A stretch of 64,000 nt of DNA, from assembly GCA_031418215.1 (NCBI GenBank), contig JANOXC010000118.1, forward strand, positions 25,388-89,387. Direction: 5' to 3'. Position numbers and translations under genes: made by a program. The notes below the pieces were generated by a model that saw nothing but the letters and a program-made list of their open reading frames with translations, was not told where the DNA came from and did no database searches. Of this stretch, positions 36,340 to 46,390 are shown piece by piece. The stretch comes from Bacteroidota bacterium. Lineage in GTDB: Bacteria > Bacteroidota > Bacteroidia > AKYH767-A > OLB10. How positions within the stretch are numbered: position 1 is the first letter of the stretch; every line of letters begins with the position of its first letter.

Positions 36340-39300
36340 ATGAATAACAATCTCAATAATTTCCCCGAGTACTCGACATTACTTAACAAGCTTGACGAGT
36401 TTATCCGTAAGTATTATAAAAACCAACTCATCCGCGGAGGCATTTATGCCTTTACTGCCGTCTTGGCTTTTTTCCTTACGGTTACACTGCTCGAATCCTT
36501 TGCCTGGTTCAACACCGGTGTTCGTGCTGTGTTGTTTTATGCATTTTTAAGCTCGACCTTGTTTATCCTCTATAAATGGGTATTGATACCACTACGACAC
36601 CTTTACAGGATGGGAAAGATTATTTCCCATGCTGAAGCTGCTGCTATTATTGGGCAGCATTTTAGCAGTGTGAGCGATAAGTTGCTCAACACTTTACAGC
36701 TAAAAGAACAGGCTGATGCCGCCAAGGAAGATATTGAATTGGTTTATGCCGGTATCAACCAGAAGAGTGCCGAGTTAAAACCAATTTCATTCGCTTCAGC
36801 AATTGATCTTTCCGTTAATAGAAAATATTTGCGTTATGCTGCTTTGCCATTGGCCGTTTTGATGTTTGTGCTAATCGCCTCTCCTTCGTTGTTAAAGGAA
36901 AGCACATCAAGACTAATTAATCATGGTACATCTTTCGCCAAACCCGCTCCTTTCAAATTCAATATTGAAAATAAAAACCTGAAAGTTATACAGAATGAGG
37001 ATTTCCTGTTGAATGTTAAACTAATGGGCAATGAAATTCCGGAAGAGGTTTTTATCACTTACAATAACAATCAGTTTAAGCTCGATAAAGAAAACAAACT
37101 GAAGTTCACTTACACTTTCAAGAACATTCAAAAAACAACTTCGTTCAAACTCTCAGCCGATGGTTTTAGTTCCGTTGAATATATTTTGGAAGCCTTGCCC
37201 AACCCTGTGGTGACGAATTTTGAAATGGAGTTAAAATATCCTTCTTACCTCCAGAAAAAATCAGAAATCATTAAAAATACCGGAGATTTATTGGTCCCCG
37301 CCGGAACACTTGTGAAATGGAGTTTTAATACAGAAAATACGGCTACATTAAAATTGGTTTTCCTCGACACGGGATATACATTACAGGGCGATGACTCCAA
37401 AGCATTTTCGGTTTCACGCCGGATGATGAAAAACAATCAATACAGTGTGCGAACTTCCAATGCAGTGTTGCAAAGCAAGGATTCATTGCGTTACATGGTG
37501 AATGTAATACCAGATGCTTTTCCTTCTATTGATGTGGAGAAGCAGGAAGACTCTGCCTCTTACCAGCATTATTATTTTCGTGGTTTGGTTAAGGACGATT
37601 ATGGTTTCAGTAAACTGCATTTTACGTATCGTTTTGTGAAGCGCGATAGCGTGCCTAAAGACAGCAAAGAAATTTATAGTGACGAGCTTGCAGTAAGCCG
37701 CGGCGTTCAACAAGAACAATTTTTCTATTACTGGGACTTAAGTAAGATTGGTATTCATCCTGGTGATGAGGTGGAGTACTTTTTTGAAGTGTGGGACAAT
37801 GATGGTGTTACGGGGGCAAAATCGTCTCGTTCTCAATCATCAATTTATAAGGCTCCCACACTGAATGAACTGGCCAAAGACGCCGACAAGAAAAATGATG
37901 CCCTGAAGAATGATTTGTTAGCAGGAATGAAGAAGGCTAAAAAGTTGCAAAGGGAGTTAACTGATTTGCATAAAGAATTATTAAACAAGAAAACACTTGA
38001 CTACGAAGACAGAAAGAAGGTTTCTGACATCATGGAGCAACAGAAAGATTTGGAGCAACAGGTAGATGAAATCAAAAAACAAAGTCAGGAGAATTCACAA
38101 AAACAAAATGAGTTCCGCAATCCTACTGAGCAATTAGCAGAGAAGCAAAAGCAATTGCAGGAGATGTTTGATAAGATGATGTCGCCCGAAATGAAAAAAA
38201 TGGTTGAGGAGCTGCAGAAAATGCTGGCAGAAATCGATAAGTCGAAGCTGCAGGAGCAAATGGATAAGATGAAGCTTGATAATAAAGATCTTGAAAAAGA
38301 AATGGATCGCACACTTGAGCTTTTCAAGAGTATGGAGTTGGAGCAGAAGTTGAAAGAGGCTGCCGTTCAGCTTGACAAATTAGCTGAAAAGCAGGAAAAA
38401 TTAAACGAAGAGACAAATGATAAAAAATCAGATGCCGATGAGCTGCAGAAAAAACAAGATGAACTTTCGCAGGAGTTTAAAGACCTGAAGGAACAGCTCA
38501 ACGATATTGATAAAAAGAACAGCGAACTGGAGAGTCCGCAGAACCTTCCTGATATGAAGGAGGACTCCAAAACAGTGGAGAAGGAAATGCAGGATAGCAA
38601 GGAAGAATTGAGTAAAGGAAATAAATCGAAATCGGGAAAATCGCAAGAGAAGGCCGCTGATCAATTGCGACAGATGGCTGCGAAGATGAATAACCAGATT
38701 CAGAAGAATGAGGAAGAACAGGCAGAAGAAGACATGAATGCCTTGCGTGCATTGCTCGAAAACCTTTTGCATTTTTCTTTTGAACAGGAGGGATTGATGG
38801 AAGACTTAAAAACGATGGATGTAAATAATCCTCGCTTTTTAAAATTATCTCAACAGGAGCGTAAGTTGAAAGATGATGCGCGAATGCTGGAAGACTCTCT
38901 TCTCGCTTTAAGTAAGCGCGTGATGCAGATACAGCGCGCAGTGAACGAACACCTCACCGATATCAACGATAACATTGAAAAGGCTATTGATAATTTACAA
39001 GAAAGGATGGTGCCAGCAGCAAGGGTTAACCAGCAATATGTAATGACGGCAGCCAATGATTTAGCGTTGATGTTAGCGGAATCGTTGGATCAAATGCAGC
39101 AGCAGTCGAAGAGTGAAAAAGAGGGCGATGGCAAATGTAAAAAACCCGGAAAGGGAAAAGGAAAGGGAAAACCGGGGCCAACAGCGGGTGATGTGAAAAA
39201 GATGCAGGAAAAACTTTCACAGCAGCTGAAGGAAATGAAAGATAAAATGGCAAAAGAAGGTAAAGAGAAGCAGGGGGAAAAGGGGAAGGGTAATGGCAAA

Positions 39301-39735
39301 GACGGTAATGGAGGAATGAGTGAAGAGTTGGCTAAGATGGCTGCTCAACAAGAGGCCATCCGAAACGCCTTAAAGGAAATGGATTCAGAACAGGGCAAGG
39401 ACGGTGGCCAGGGAAAGATGGGCAAGACGATGCAGCAAATGGAGGAGAATGAAAAAGACATTGTTAATAAGCGCATTACTGATGCCACATTGAAGCGTCA
39501 GGAAGAAATTATGACGCGGCTTTTAGAGTCTGAAAAAGCGGAGCGCGAGCGCGATCAGGAAGAGCGGAGAGAGTCAAATGAGTCCAAAATTGATATATAC
39601 CGTAGCCCGGCCCGTTTTGAGGAATATAAGCGCCTTAAAATGCGTGAACTTGAATTGTTGAAAACCATTCCGCCATCCCTTACAACCTTCTATAAAAACT
39701 TAGTTAATTCGTACTTCCAAAGTATAGACAACTAA
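36340..39735 (+). CDS. large membrane-anchored coiled-coil protein (DUF4175-like), conserved neighbour of ybeY-mnmG
   Basis: A 1131-aa protein. It has two N-terminal transmembrane helices, about 500 aa of beta-rich sequence, then about 500 aa of K/E/Q-rich coiled-coil. A KG-rich tract (GKGKGKGKPGP) is included. Confidence 0.5.
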   Translation: MNNNLNNFPEYSTLLNKLDEFIRKYYKNQLIRGGIYAFTAVLAFFLTVTLLESFAWFNTGVRAVLFYAFLSSTLFILYKWVLIPLRHLYRMGKIISHAEAAAIIGQHFSSVSDKLLNTLQLKEQADAAKEDIELVYAGINQKSAELKPISFASAIDLSVNRKYLRYAALPLAVLMFVLIASPSLLKESTSRLINHGTSFAKPAPFKFNIENKNLKVIQNEDFLLNVKLMGNEIPEEVFITYNNNQFKLDKENKLKFTYTFKNIQKTTSFKLSADGFSSVEYILEALPNPVVTNFEMELKYPSYLQKKSEIIKNTGDLLVPAGTLVKWSFNTENTATLKLVFLDTGYTLQGDDSKAFSVSRRMMKNNQYSVRTSNAVLQSKDSLRYMVNVIPDAFPSIDVEKQEDSASYQHYYFRGLVKDDYGFSKLHFTYRFVKRDSVPKDSKEIYSDELAVSRGVQQEQFFYYWDLSKIGIHPGDEVEYFFEVWDNDGVTGAKSSRSQSSIYKAPTLNELAKDADKKNDALKNDLLAGMKKAKKLQRELTDLHKELLNKKTLDYEDRKKVSDIMEQQKDLEQQVDEIKKQSQENSQKQNEFRNPTEQLAEKQKQLQEMFDKMMSPEMKKMVEELQKMLAEIDKSKLQEQMDKMKLDNKDLEKEMDRTLELFKSMELEQKLKEAAVQLDKLAEKQEKLNEETNDKKSDADELQKKQDELSQEFKDLKEQLNDIDKKNSELESPQNLPDMKEDSKTVEKEMQDSKEELSKGNKSKSGKSQEKAADQLRQMAAKMNNQIQKNEEEQAEEDMNALRALLENLLHFSFEQEGLMEDLKTMDVNNPRFLKLSQQERKLKDDARMLEDSLLALSKRVMQIQRAVNEHLTDINDNIEKAIDNLQERMVPAARVNQQYVMTAANDLALMLAESLDQMQQQSKSEKEGDGKCKKPGKGKGKGKPGPTAGDVKKMQEKLSQQLKEMKDKMAKEGKEKQGEKGKGNGKDGNGGMSEELAKMAAQQEAIRNALKEMDSEQGKDGGQGKMGKTMQQMEENEKDIVNKRITDATLKRQEEIMTRLLESEKAERERDQEERRESNESKIDIYRSPARFEEYKRLKMRELELLKTIPPSLTTFYKNLVNSYFQSIDN

Positions 39736-39738
39736 GCC

Positions 39739-40179
39739 GTGCCAGCAACAATGAACACAGAAAAACAGACCTATAGCATGCAAATCGTCTCTCAGCCGGA
39801 GAGTATTAACCTGGTAGAGAAACTGATTGATGAAATAAAATCCGAATACAGTATTCATGAAGAGTGCTACGGCAATATGTTGGTTGCCGTTACAGAGGCT
39901 GTTAATAACGCCATTCAACACGGCAATAAGTATGATCCTGAAAAGATGGTTCACGTTTCCTATGAAATAGAGCCTGACCAGATAGCATTTACTATTAGTG
40001 ATGAAGGAACCGGTTTTGATTACATCAACCTGCCGGACCCAACAGATCCCGAGAACCTTGAAAAGCCGACGGGGCGTGGTGTGTTTTTAATGAAACACCT
40101 TGCCGATCAAATTATCTTTTCGGAGAATGGAAAGGTGGTAGAGCTATACTTTAAGACTTCGGGACATATTGCAAGCTGA
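39739..40179 (+). CDS. HATPase_c-type ATP-binding protein (anti-sigma regulatory factor / RsbW-like)
   Basis: A 146-aa protein. The Bergerat-fold N box reads VAVTEAVNNAIQHGN. The G1/G2 boxes read DEGTGFD...GRGVFLM. Confidence 0.6.
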   Translation: MPATMNTEKQTYSMQIVSQPESINLVEKLIDEIKSEYSIHEECYGNMLVAVTEAVNNAIQHGNKYDPEKMVHVSYEIEPDQIAFTISDEGTGFDYINLPDPTDPENLEKPTGRGVFLMKHLADQIIFSENGKVVELYFKTSGHIAS

Positions 40180-40193
40180 CTGCAAGCCTGGCT

Positions 40194-40616
40194 GTGATAA
40201 ATTTTTTTAACGAAGACATTATATATATAGTTCGCAACAAGACCGCTGTGCGTAATTGGATTGAAAAAGCCATTCGCAAAGAAGGGTACTATTTACAGGA
40301 AATAAATTATATATATTGCAGTGATGCTCATCTGAAAAAGATGAATGAAAAATATTTACATCATCGCACCTATACCGACATCATCACTTTTGATTTGTCG
40401 GAAAAGAAAAAAGACCTTTTGGGAGAAATCTATGTCAGCATCGAACGTGTGCGTGAAAATGCCGTTTTGTTTAAGGTGCCATTGCGTGATGAACTGCATC
40501 GTGTGATGATACACGGTGTATTGCACCTCTGCGGATATAAAGACAAGTCGCCTGCTGATGTTAAGCGAATGCGAAACCGGGAAGATTATTATTTATCTTT
40601 GCGCAGCTTTTTGTAA
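40194..40616 (+). CDS. ybeY: rRNA maturation endoribonuclease YbeY
   Basis: A 140-aa protein. The metal-binding motif HGVLHLCGYKD matches H..LH..GYDH. Its position just upstream of mnmG is conserved in Bacteroidota. Confidence 0.85.
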   Translation: MINFFNEDIIYIVRNKTAVRNWIEKAIRKEGYYLQEINYIYCSDAHLKKMNEKYLHHRTYTDIITFDLSEKKKDLLGEIYVSIERVRENAVLFKVPLRDELHRVMIHGVLHLCGYKDKSPADVKRMRNREDYYLSLRSFL

Positions 40617-40661
40617 ATCAATGTGATACAGAATTTGTGTCGCCTAAACAGTTGAATATTA

Positions 40662-42533
40662 ATGATATATCCTGAGTACGATGTAATTGTTGTTGGAGCT
40701 GGTCACGCCGGATGTGAGGCTGCTGCTGCTGCTGCAAACATGGGTTCAAAAGTTCTTTTGGTAACCATGAATATGCAGACCATAGCCCAGATGAGCTGCA
40801 ATCCTGCCATGGGTGGTATTGCTAAAGGTCAGATTGTCAGGGAGATAGATGCTTTAGGTGGTTATTCCGGGATCATAAGCGATAAAAGCATGATTCAGTT
40901 CCGGATGCTGAACCGTTCAAAGGGACCAGCCATGTGGAGTCCTCGAACACAAAACGACAGGATGCTTTTTGCAACCGAATGGCGCAACATGCTGGAGCAA
41001 ACGCCCAATATTGATTTTTGGCAGGATATGGTTTCGGGCCTGCTCATTAAAGATGGTCGGCTTTCGGGTGTTGTAACAGGAATGGGTGTTGAGTTCAAAT
41101 CAAAAGCAGTTATCCTGACCAATGGCACCTTCTTAAACGGCCTTATACATATAGGTGAGAAAAAATTTGGTGGAGGACGCACAGGGGAAAAAGCAGCCAC
41201 CGGTATTACCGAACAGCTTGTTGCTTTAGGATTTGAAAGCGGGCGCATGAAAACAGGAACACCTCCTCGTTTAGATGGACGTTCGTTGGATTACTCAAAA
41301 ATGGAAGAACAAAAGGGTGATGAAGTGCCCGGTAAATTCTCTTTTGCCAATACGGAGATACTGAAAGAGCAAAAAAGCTGCTTTATTACCTATACCAATC
41401 AGGCCGTTCATGATGTGTTAAAAACAGGGTTTGAGCAAAGCCCGATGTTTACCGGAAGAATTCAAGGGATTGGCCCAAGATATTGCCCTTCTATTGAAGA
41501 TAAGATCAATCGTTTTGCCGAAAGAGATCGCCATCAGCTTTTTGTAGAGCCTGAGGGATGGAATACTGTGGAAATTTATCTAAATGGATTTTCTTCTTCT
41601 TTACCAGAAGAAGTTCAATACAAAGCCTTGCGTTTAATCCCCGGTTTGGAAAACTGCAAGATGTTTCGTCCTGGTTATGCAATTGAGTATGATTATTTCC
41701 CTCCAATGCAGCTGAACCACACTTTGGAAACCAAGCTTGTAGAAAACCTGTATTTCGCCGGACAAATTAATGGAACAACAGGCTATGAAGAGGCTGCTTG
41801 TCAAGGATTGATGGCCGGCATTAATGCCCATCGAAAAATAAACGAGCTTGATCCGGTAATTTTAACTCGTTCTGATGCATATATAGGAGTATTGATAGAC
41901 GACCTCATCACCAAGGGAACAGAAGAGCCTTATCGCATGTTTACCTCTCGTGCTGAGTTTCGCACTTTGTTGAGGCAAGATAATGCTGACCTGCGATTAA
42001 CGCCGCTTGGGTATGAAATCGGTTTGGCTTCTAAAGATCGATTTGATAATGTGGTGGTGAAGGAACAAAAAACCGTCAACATCATCGAATACTTAAAAAG
42101 AACGAGTATTACGCCGGAAGAAATCAATGATTGGCTTGTTTCACGTGAAACAGATCCAATCAATCAGCGTCAGCGGTTGAATCAATTACTACTTCGCCCA
42201 CAAGTGTTTTTACAGGAAATGGTAAATGCAATTCCGTCACTGAAGACCGAATTTGAAAGAATGGAAGTTACAAATGAAATTCTGGAGCAGGTAGAGATAC
42301 AGGTTAAGTATGAGAGCTATATTGAAAAGGAAAATGACATGGTAGAAAAGGTGTCAAGACTAGAAAATGTCCTCATCCACGATTTTGTTGATTATGCTAA
42401 GGTCTCTTCTTTATCCAATGAGGCCCGTCAAAAGCTCATCAAAGTAAGGCCCCGTACATTAGGTCAGGCGGCTAGAATTAGCGGAGTAAGTCCTTCTGAT
42501 ATTTCTGTGTTGCTGATTCATTTAAATCGGTAA
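40662..42533 (+). CDS. mnmG: tRNA uridine 5-carboxymethylaminomethyl modification enzyme MnmG (GidA)
   Basis: A 623-aa protein. The FAD-binding N-terminus is YDVIVVGAGHAGCEAA. Strongly conserved MnmG blocks follow (MSCNPAMGGIAKG, GIGPRYCPSIEDK, FAGQINGTTGYEEAA) and the C-terminal GISPSD. Confidence 0.95.
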   Translation: MIYPEYDVIVVGAGHAGCEAAAAAANMGSKVLLVTMNMQTIAQMSCNPAMGGIAKGQIVREIDALGGYSGIISDKSMIQFRMLNRSKGPAMWSPRTQNDRMLFATEWRNMLEQTPNIDFWQDMVSGLLIKDGRLSGVVTGMGVEFKSKAVILTNGTFLNGLIHIGEKKFGGGRTGEKAATGITEQLVALGFESGRMKTGTPPRLDGRSLDYSKMEEQKGDEVPGKFSFANTEILKEQKSCFITYTNQAVHDVLKTGFEQSPMFTGRIQGIGPRYCPSIEDKINRFAERDRHQLFVEPEGWNTVEIYLNGFSSSLPEEVQYKALRLIPGLENCKMFRPGYAIEYDYFPPMQLNHTLETKLVENLYFAGQINGTTGYEEAACQGLMAGINAHRKINELDPVILTRSDAYIGVLIDDLITKGTEEPYRMFTSRAEFRTLLRQDNADLRLTPLGYEIGLASKDRFDNVVVKEQKTVNIIEYLKRTSITPEEINDWLVSRETDPINQRQRLNQLLLRPQVFLQEMVNAIPSLKTEFERMEVTNEILEQVEIQVKYESYIEKENDMVEKVSRLENVLIHDFVDYAKVSSLSNEARQKLIKVRPRTLGQAARISGVSPSDISVLLIHLNR

Positions 42534-42638
42534 TGTTCCACGTGAAACAAAAAGTTTTATCAGAATAGGGAATAAAACATGGTTGTTTTAATTTATTCTT
42601 ATCTATGTGGGCCGATCTATCTAAATGTTAAATAGCAA

Positions 42639-43103
42639 ATGCTCATGAAATGGATAAATGCTCTTGGCTTAATTTTACAATTCTTGTCCTTCTGGTTGGC
42701 CGCGCCTGAGTTACTTGGGGAAACAACTTTGAAGCGTTTTGAAACTGGCTTACGCAAATTCATTGCGGCATTACCCGTTCTTGTTTTTACGTTAATCGCA
42801 TTGGGATATGGGCTGTATTTTGGTATTTCGGGCACGTTAAAAGGAATTAGGGCTCGCCAGGAAGGTGTACCTGATCAGGATTTTTTACCTTTTATGTTAA
42901 GCATGGCAATTGCGACCATCTTATACTTTATCCTTGTTTTTAAGTATAAAAAGTTCATTAGCTGGATTGATTTGAAATATGCAAAACCCATTACCGAGGC
43001 GCTTATTAATAACAATCAGTCCCGGAAAAATGCATTAATAGTGGGAGCTATTATTTTTACCGTTGGTTTTTTAATGCAGCTTTTTGTGATTGTTTTGGAT
43101 TAG
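42639..43103 (+). CDS. small integral membrane protein, function unknown
   Basis: A 154-aa protein with four transmembrane helices. The gene is bracketed by near-identical gttccacgtgaaac elements. Confidence 0.45.
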   Translation: MLMKWINALGLILQFLSFWLAAPELLGETTLKRFETGLRKFIAALPVLVFTLIALGYGLYFGISGTLKGIRARQEGVPDQDFLPFMLSMAIATILYFILVFKYKKFISWIDLKYAKPITEALINNNQSRKNALIVGAIIFTVGFLMQLFVIVLD

Positions 43104-43104
43104 T

Positions 43105-43380
43105 GTTTCACGTGGAACGTTTCTCCTTTTAACATGGGTCAGGATATTTCACCCCTAACGGGGTTTATTCATTAACTTCTATGCTTTATTACCAATCTTT
43201 TATCCCTAAGGGATTAAAAATAAAAAACTTTTTGCAACTGTCAATTGAGACTTCGCTGCCCTAAAATAAAAAATCCCATAGGGATAAAATATAGCTAATT
43301 CCCAACCAGCCAAATCCGTTAAAACCCCTTAGGGGTGGAATGAATTATTCAATGAAACGAATAATGTTCCACGTGGAAAC
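43105..43380. repeat. nested-palindrome noncoding element (MITE-like or structured RNA)
   Basis: The outer inverted repeats are gtttcacgtggaac (43105) and gttccacgtggaaac (43366). Inside are inverted cacccctaacggggttt (43150) and aaaccccttaggggtgg (43325), and between these two palindromes, tccctaaggga (43203) and tcccataggga (43274). A third outer-type copy, gttccacgtgaaac, lies at 42535. Confidence 0.55.
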
Positions 43381-44277
43381 TTAAGCCTCAATCCTCGCAA
43401 AAACACCTAGTGGCAATTTTATGTCGCTTGATGATGCTTTTAAGAAAAGCTCCCCGGTTTGTGTTTGCTTTGAAAAGTGCTTAAACTCTTGTTGCATGAA
43501 GTTCTCCAGGATAATAGAAGAAAACCCAAGGGAGTAGGTGTTTAAAACAAGAAAGAATTTTTCATCAGCCAGCTTGGCCACACCAGCTACCATTTCATTA
43601 ATCATGTCTTCCATCTTCCACTTCTCGCCGTTGGTGCCATGTCCATAGGCCGGTGGATCTAAAATAATTCCGTGGTATTTATTTCCCCGACGTAATTCCC
43701 GCTTTACAAATGTCAATGCGTCTTCCACTAACCAACGAATGTCTGTAAGCCCGGATAATTCCATGTTCTCTTTCGCCCAGTTCACAACCTGCTTAATAGA
43801 ATCTAGATGGGTGGTATCGGCCCCTGCGGCTTTCGCTGCTAAAGATGCCGCTCCGGTATAAGCGAATAAATTTAAAACCCTGGGCTGATCAATACCCATA
43901 GTTTTGATTTTCAGCACATTATTATAAATGAAATCCCAATTAACTGCCTGCTCGGGAAAGAGGCCCACATGCTTGAAAGATGTAAGCCCTAGCCTAAAAC
44001 ACAAATCGTGCTGATGCTTTCCTTGCTTCAGTGAATATTTCATCTTCCACTGGTCTGGCATTTCTTTTAACTTATCCCAAGTTCCTGCAGAGCTTGATTT
44101 AGGAATAAACTCTACGTGCGCCTTCCGCCTCCATTCATTAATTGTTTTTTCGGGAGACCAAACTGCCTGTGGCTCGGGACGAATAGTAATATACTTTCCG
44201 AACCGTTCCATCTTTAAAAAATCGCCACAGTCGATCAATTCATAATCATCAAAGTGTTGTGGGTGAAGAAGCAGCAT
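43381..44277 (-). CDS. class I SAM-dependent (RlmI/RlmK-type) RNA methyltransferase
   Basis: A 298-aa protein. SAM motif I reads VLNLFAYTGAASLAAKAAGA. Motif IV, IILDPPAY, is typical of PF10672-type rRNA methyltransferases. Confidence 0.6.
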   Translation of the reverse strand: MLLLHPQHFDDYELIDCGDFLKMERFGKYITIRPEPQAVWSPEKTINEWRRKAHVEFIPKSSSAGTWDKLKEMPDQWKMKYSLKQGKHQHDLCFRLGLTSFKHVGLFPEQAVNWDFIYNNVLKIKTMGIDQPRVLNLFAYTGAASLAAKAAGADTTHLDSIKQVVNWAKENMELSGLTDIRWLVEDALTFVKRELRRGNKYHGIILDPPAYGHGTNGEKWKMEDMINEMVAGVAKLADEKFFLVLNTYSLGFSSIILENFMQQEFKHFSKQTQTGELFLKASSSDIKLPLGVFARIEA

Positions 44278-44366
44278 TTGACAAAAGTAATAATCATTTC
44301 ATGCAGCGGCATGTGCATGAAAAAATCCAACTCTTAATTCTATCAGCATTATCTTTACCATATTCT

Positions 44367-45926
44367 ATGAACACAAAAAAAATCCGTACCCGTTTTGCAC
44401 CAAGTCCTACGGGACCTCTTCACATGGGTGGTGTAAGAACCGCATTATATGCTTATCTCTTCGCTAAAAAAAATGGTGGTGATTTTGTCTTACGTATTGA
44501 AGATACCGATCAGAATAGGTATGTGCCCGGAGCAGAAGAATACATCATTGAATCACTAAACTGGTGTGGCATAACTCCTGACGAAGGCGTTGGTGTTGGC
44601 GGTAAACATGCGCCCTATCGTCAGAGTGAGCGTAAGGAATCGGGATTATATAAAAGGTATGCTGAGCAATTGATTGCATCAGGCGACGCCTATTATGCTT
44701 TTGATACAACAGAACAACTGGATGCAAAACGCAAGGATGCAGAAGCACAACACACTTCTTTTTTATACAGTGCTGCAACAAGACTGGGGTTGAATAATTC
44801 TTTGTCCTTAAAGGCAGAAGAAACAAAAACCTTAATTGACAGTGGTGCGCCGCATGTTATTCGCTTAAAGGTTCCTGCAGGAGATGATATTTCTTTTACC
44901 GACTTAATTCGCGGGGAAGTTTCATTCCAATCATCTTTAGTTGATGATAAAGTTTTATTGAAGTCAGACGGAATGCCAACCTATCACCTGGCGCATATTG
45001 TTGATGATATTGAAATGGAAATTACCCATGCCATCCGCGGTGAAGAGTGGCTCCCTTCTGCACCTGCTCATATTTATATATATAAAGTACTTGGGTTAAT
45101 AGAAAAAATGCCGCAGTATGCACATCTTCCATTGTTATTAAAACCCGATGGCAATGGTAAGCTCAGTAAGCGCGATGGCGACCGCCTTGGTTTTCCTGTA
45201 TTTCCTTTGGAATGGAAAGACCCAGCATCCGGAGAAGTTTCCAGTGGTTACCGCGAGAAAGGTTATTACTCGGAAGCGTTTATTAATATACTTGTTTTAC
45301 TGGGCTGGAATGACGGAACAGAACGCGAGATCTTTTCGATGCATGATTTGATTCAGTCGTTTTCGCTGGGGCGCATCCATAAAGCAGGAGCGAAGTTTGA
45401 TCCGGAGAAAGCAAAGTGGATTAACCAACAATATCTACGCTTGCAGAACGACGAAGCTGTTGCGGGGCGTTTTCTAAATGAACTAAAGACGAAAAATGAA
45501 ATTCCTGCCTCCAGACTTACGCTCAAATATGTTACAGATTCAGTGCGCCTGATGAAAGAAAAAATTCATTTTGAAAATGAATTATGGAATACGGGAAGTT
45601 ATTTATTTGTTGCGCCTAAGGTTTTGGATGAGCAAATACTCATGAAAAAATGGAATGCAGAAGCAGAATCATTCTTTACCGAATTAATTAATATATATAA
45701 GTCTGCGCCTGTGTGGGCCTTGCCTCATCTTGAAAACACATTTAAGGAGACCGCAACAAAAATGGGTATTAATCCGGGCGGCATGATGCAGTTGTTCCGC
45801 GTTATTGTAAGCGGTGTTGGCGCCGGTGTGGCATTGTTTGATATGGTTGCCCTGCTTGGGGCGGAAGATGTTTGCCACCGTATAGAATTTGCGCTCGCAG
45901 AAATGAAAAAGAAGTCAATGGCCTGA
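44367..45926 (+). CDS. gltX: glutamate--tRNA ligase
   Basis: The HIGH-class motif is in RFAPSPTGPLHMGGVRTALY. The KMSKS equivalent is KLSKR. The 519-aa length from the internal ATG fits a bacterial discriminating GluRS. The GTG-initiated extension from 44259 is unlikely. Confidence 0.95.
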   Translation: MNTKKIRTRFAPSPTGPLHMGGVRTALYAYLFAKKNGGDFVLRIEDTDQNRYVPGAEEYIIESLNWCGITPDEGVGVGGKHAPYRQSERKESGLYKRYAEQLIASGDAYYAFDTTEQLDAKRKDAEAQHTSFLYSAATRLGLNNSLSLKAEETKTLIDSGAPHVIRLKVPAGDDISFTDLIRGEVSFQSSLVDDKVLLKSDGMPTYHLAHIVDDIEMEITHAIRGEEWLPSAPAHIYIYKVLGLIEKMPQYAHLPLLLKPDGNGKLSKRDGDRLGFPVFPLEWKDPASGEVSSGYREKGYYSEAFINILVLLGWNDGTEREIFSMHDLIQSFSLGRIHKAGAKFDPEKAKWINQQYLRLQNDEAVAGRFLNELKTKNEIPASRLTLKYVTDSVRLMKEKIHFENELWNTGSYLFVAPKVLDEQILMKKWNAEAESFFTELINIYKSAPVWALPHLENTFKETATKMGINPGGMMQLFRVIVSGVGAGVALFDMVALLGAEDVCHRIEFALAEMKKKSMA

Positions 45927-45952
45927 TTGGTTTAATATAAATATTTTTTACT

Positions 45953-46309
45953 ATGAAAACTTCTATACTAAGCATTGAAGGAATTGAATGTTGGTCTTAT
46001 CATGGTTGTATGCCGGAAGAAACTAAAATAGGCGGGCGATTTGCGGTTGATGTGGTTTTGGAAATGGATCTGCAAAAAGCGATTGAAAGCGATGATCTAA
46101 CTCAGACAGCCGATTACAAAACAATACACGATCTTGTTCATCAGGAAATGGCTTTGCCGTCTAAACTCATAGAGGCCGTTGCAGGAAGAATTTTAAAGCA
46201 GATGTCTGCCTCGTTTCTTGCTGCTATTCATATCACAGTGCGTGTTATTAAATTTAACCCTCCAGTGAATGGCCGAATAGAGCGGGCAGTGATCACATTA
46301 ATGGTTTAA
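45953..46309 (+). CDS. folB: dihydroneopterin aldolase
   Basis: A 118-aa protein. The YHGCMPEE motif, the tunnel-fold pattern and the 118-aa size are characteristic of FolB. Confidence 0.8.
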   Translation: MKTSILSIEGIECWSYHGCMPEETKIGGRFAVDVVLEMDLQKAIESDDLTQTADYKTIHDLVHQEMALPSKLIEAVAGRILKQMSASFLAAIHITVRVIKFNPPVNGRIERAVITLMV

Positions 46310-46390
46310 CGGCTTGCTCTTTTTTGTTTTAATTCAGTCACATCAACCCGACAAGTATAAATACCTACTTTCGCTTAAACAATTTTACTA

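Noticed and set aside
38085-39299. Cluster of 60-114-aa antisense ORFs inside the 1131-aa coiled-coil gene, plus 37245-37719
   Set aside because: They are produced by the low-complexity K/E/Q-rich coding sequence read on the opposite strand (Ser/Phe/Leu-rich translations). They have no independent support.
44259-44366. N-terminal 36-aa extension of gltX starting at a GTG
   Set aside because: The extension overlaps the convergent methyltransferase gene end and has no similarity to GluRS N-termini. The internal ATG at about 44367 gives the canonical MNTKKIRTRFAPSPTG start.
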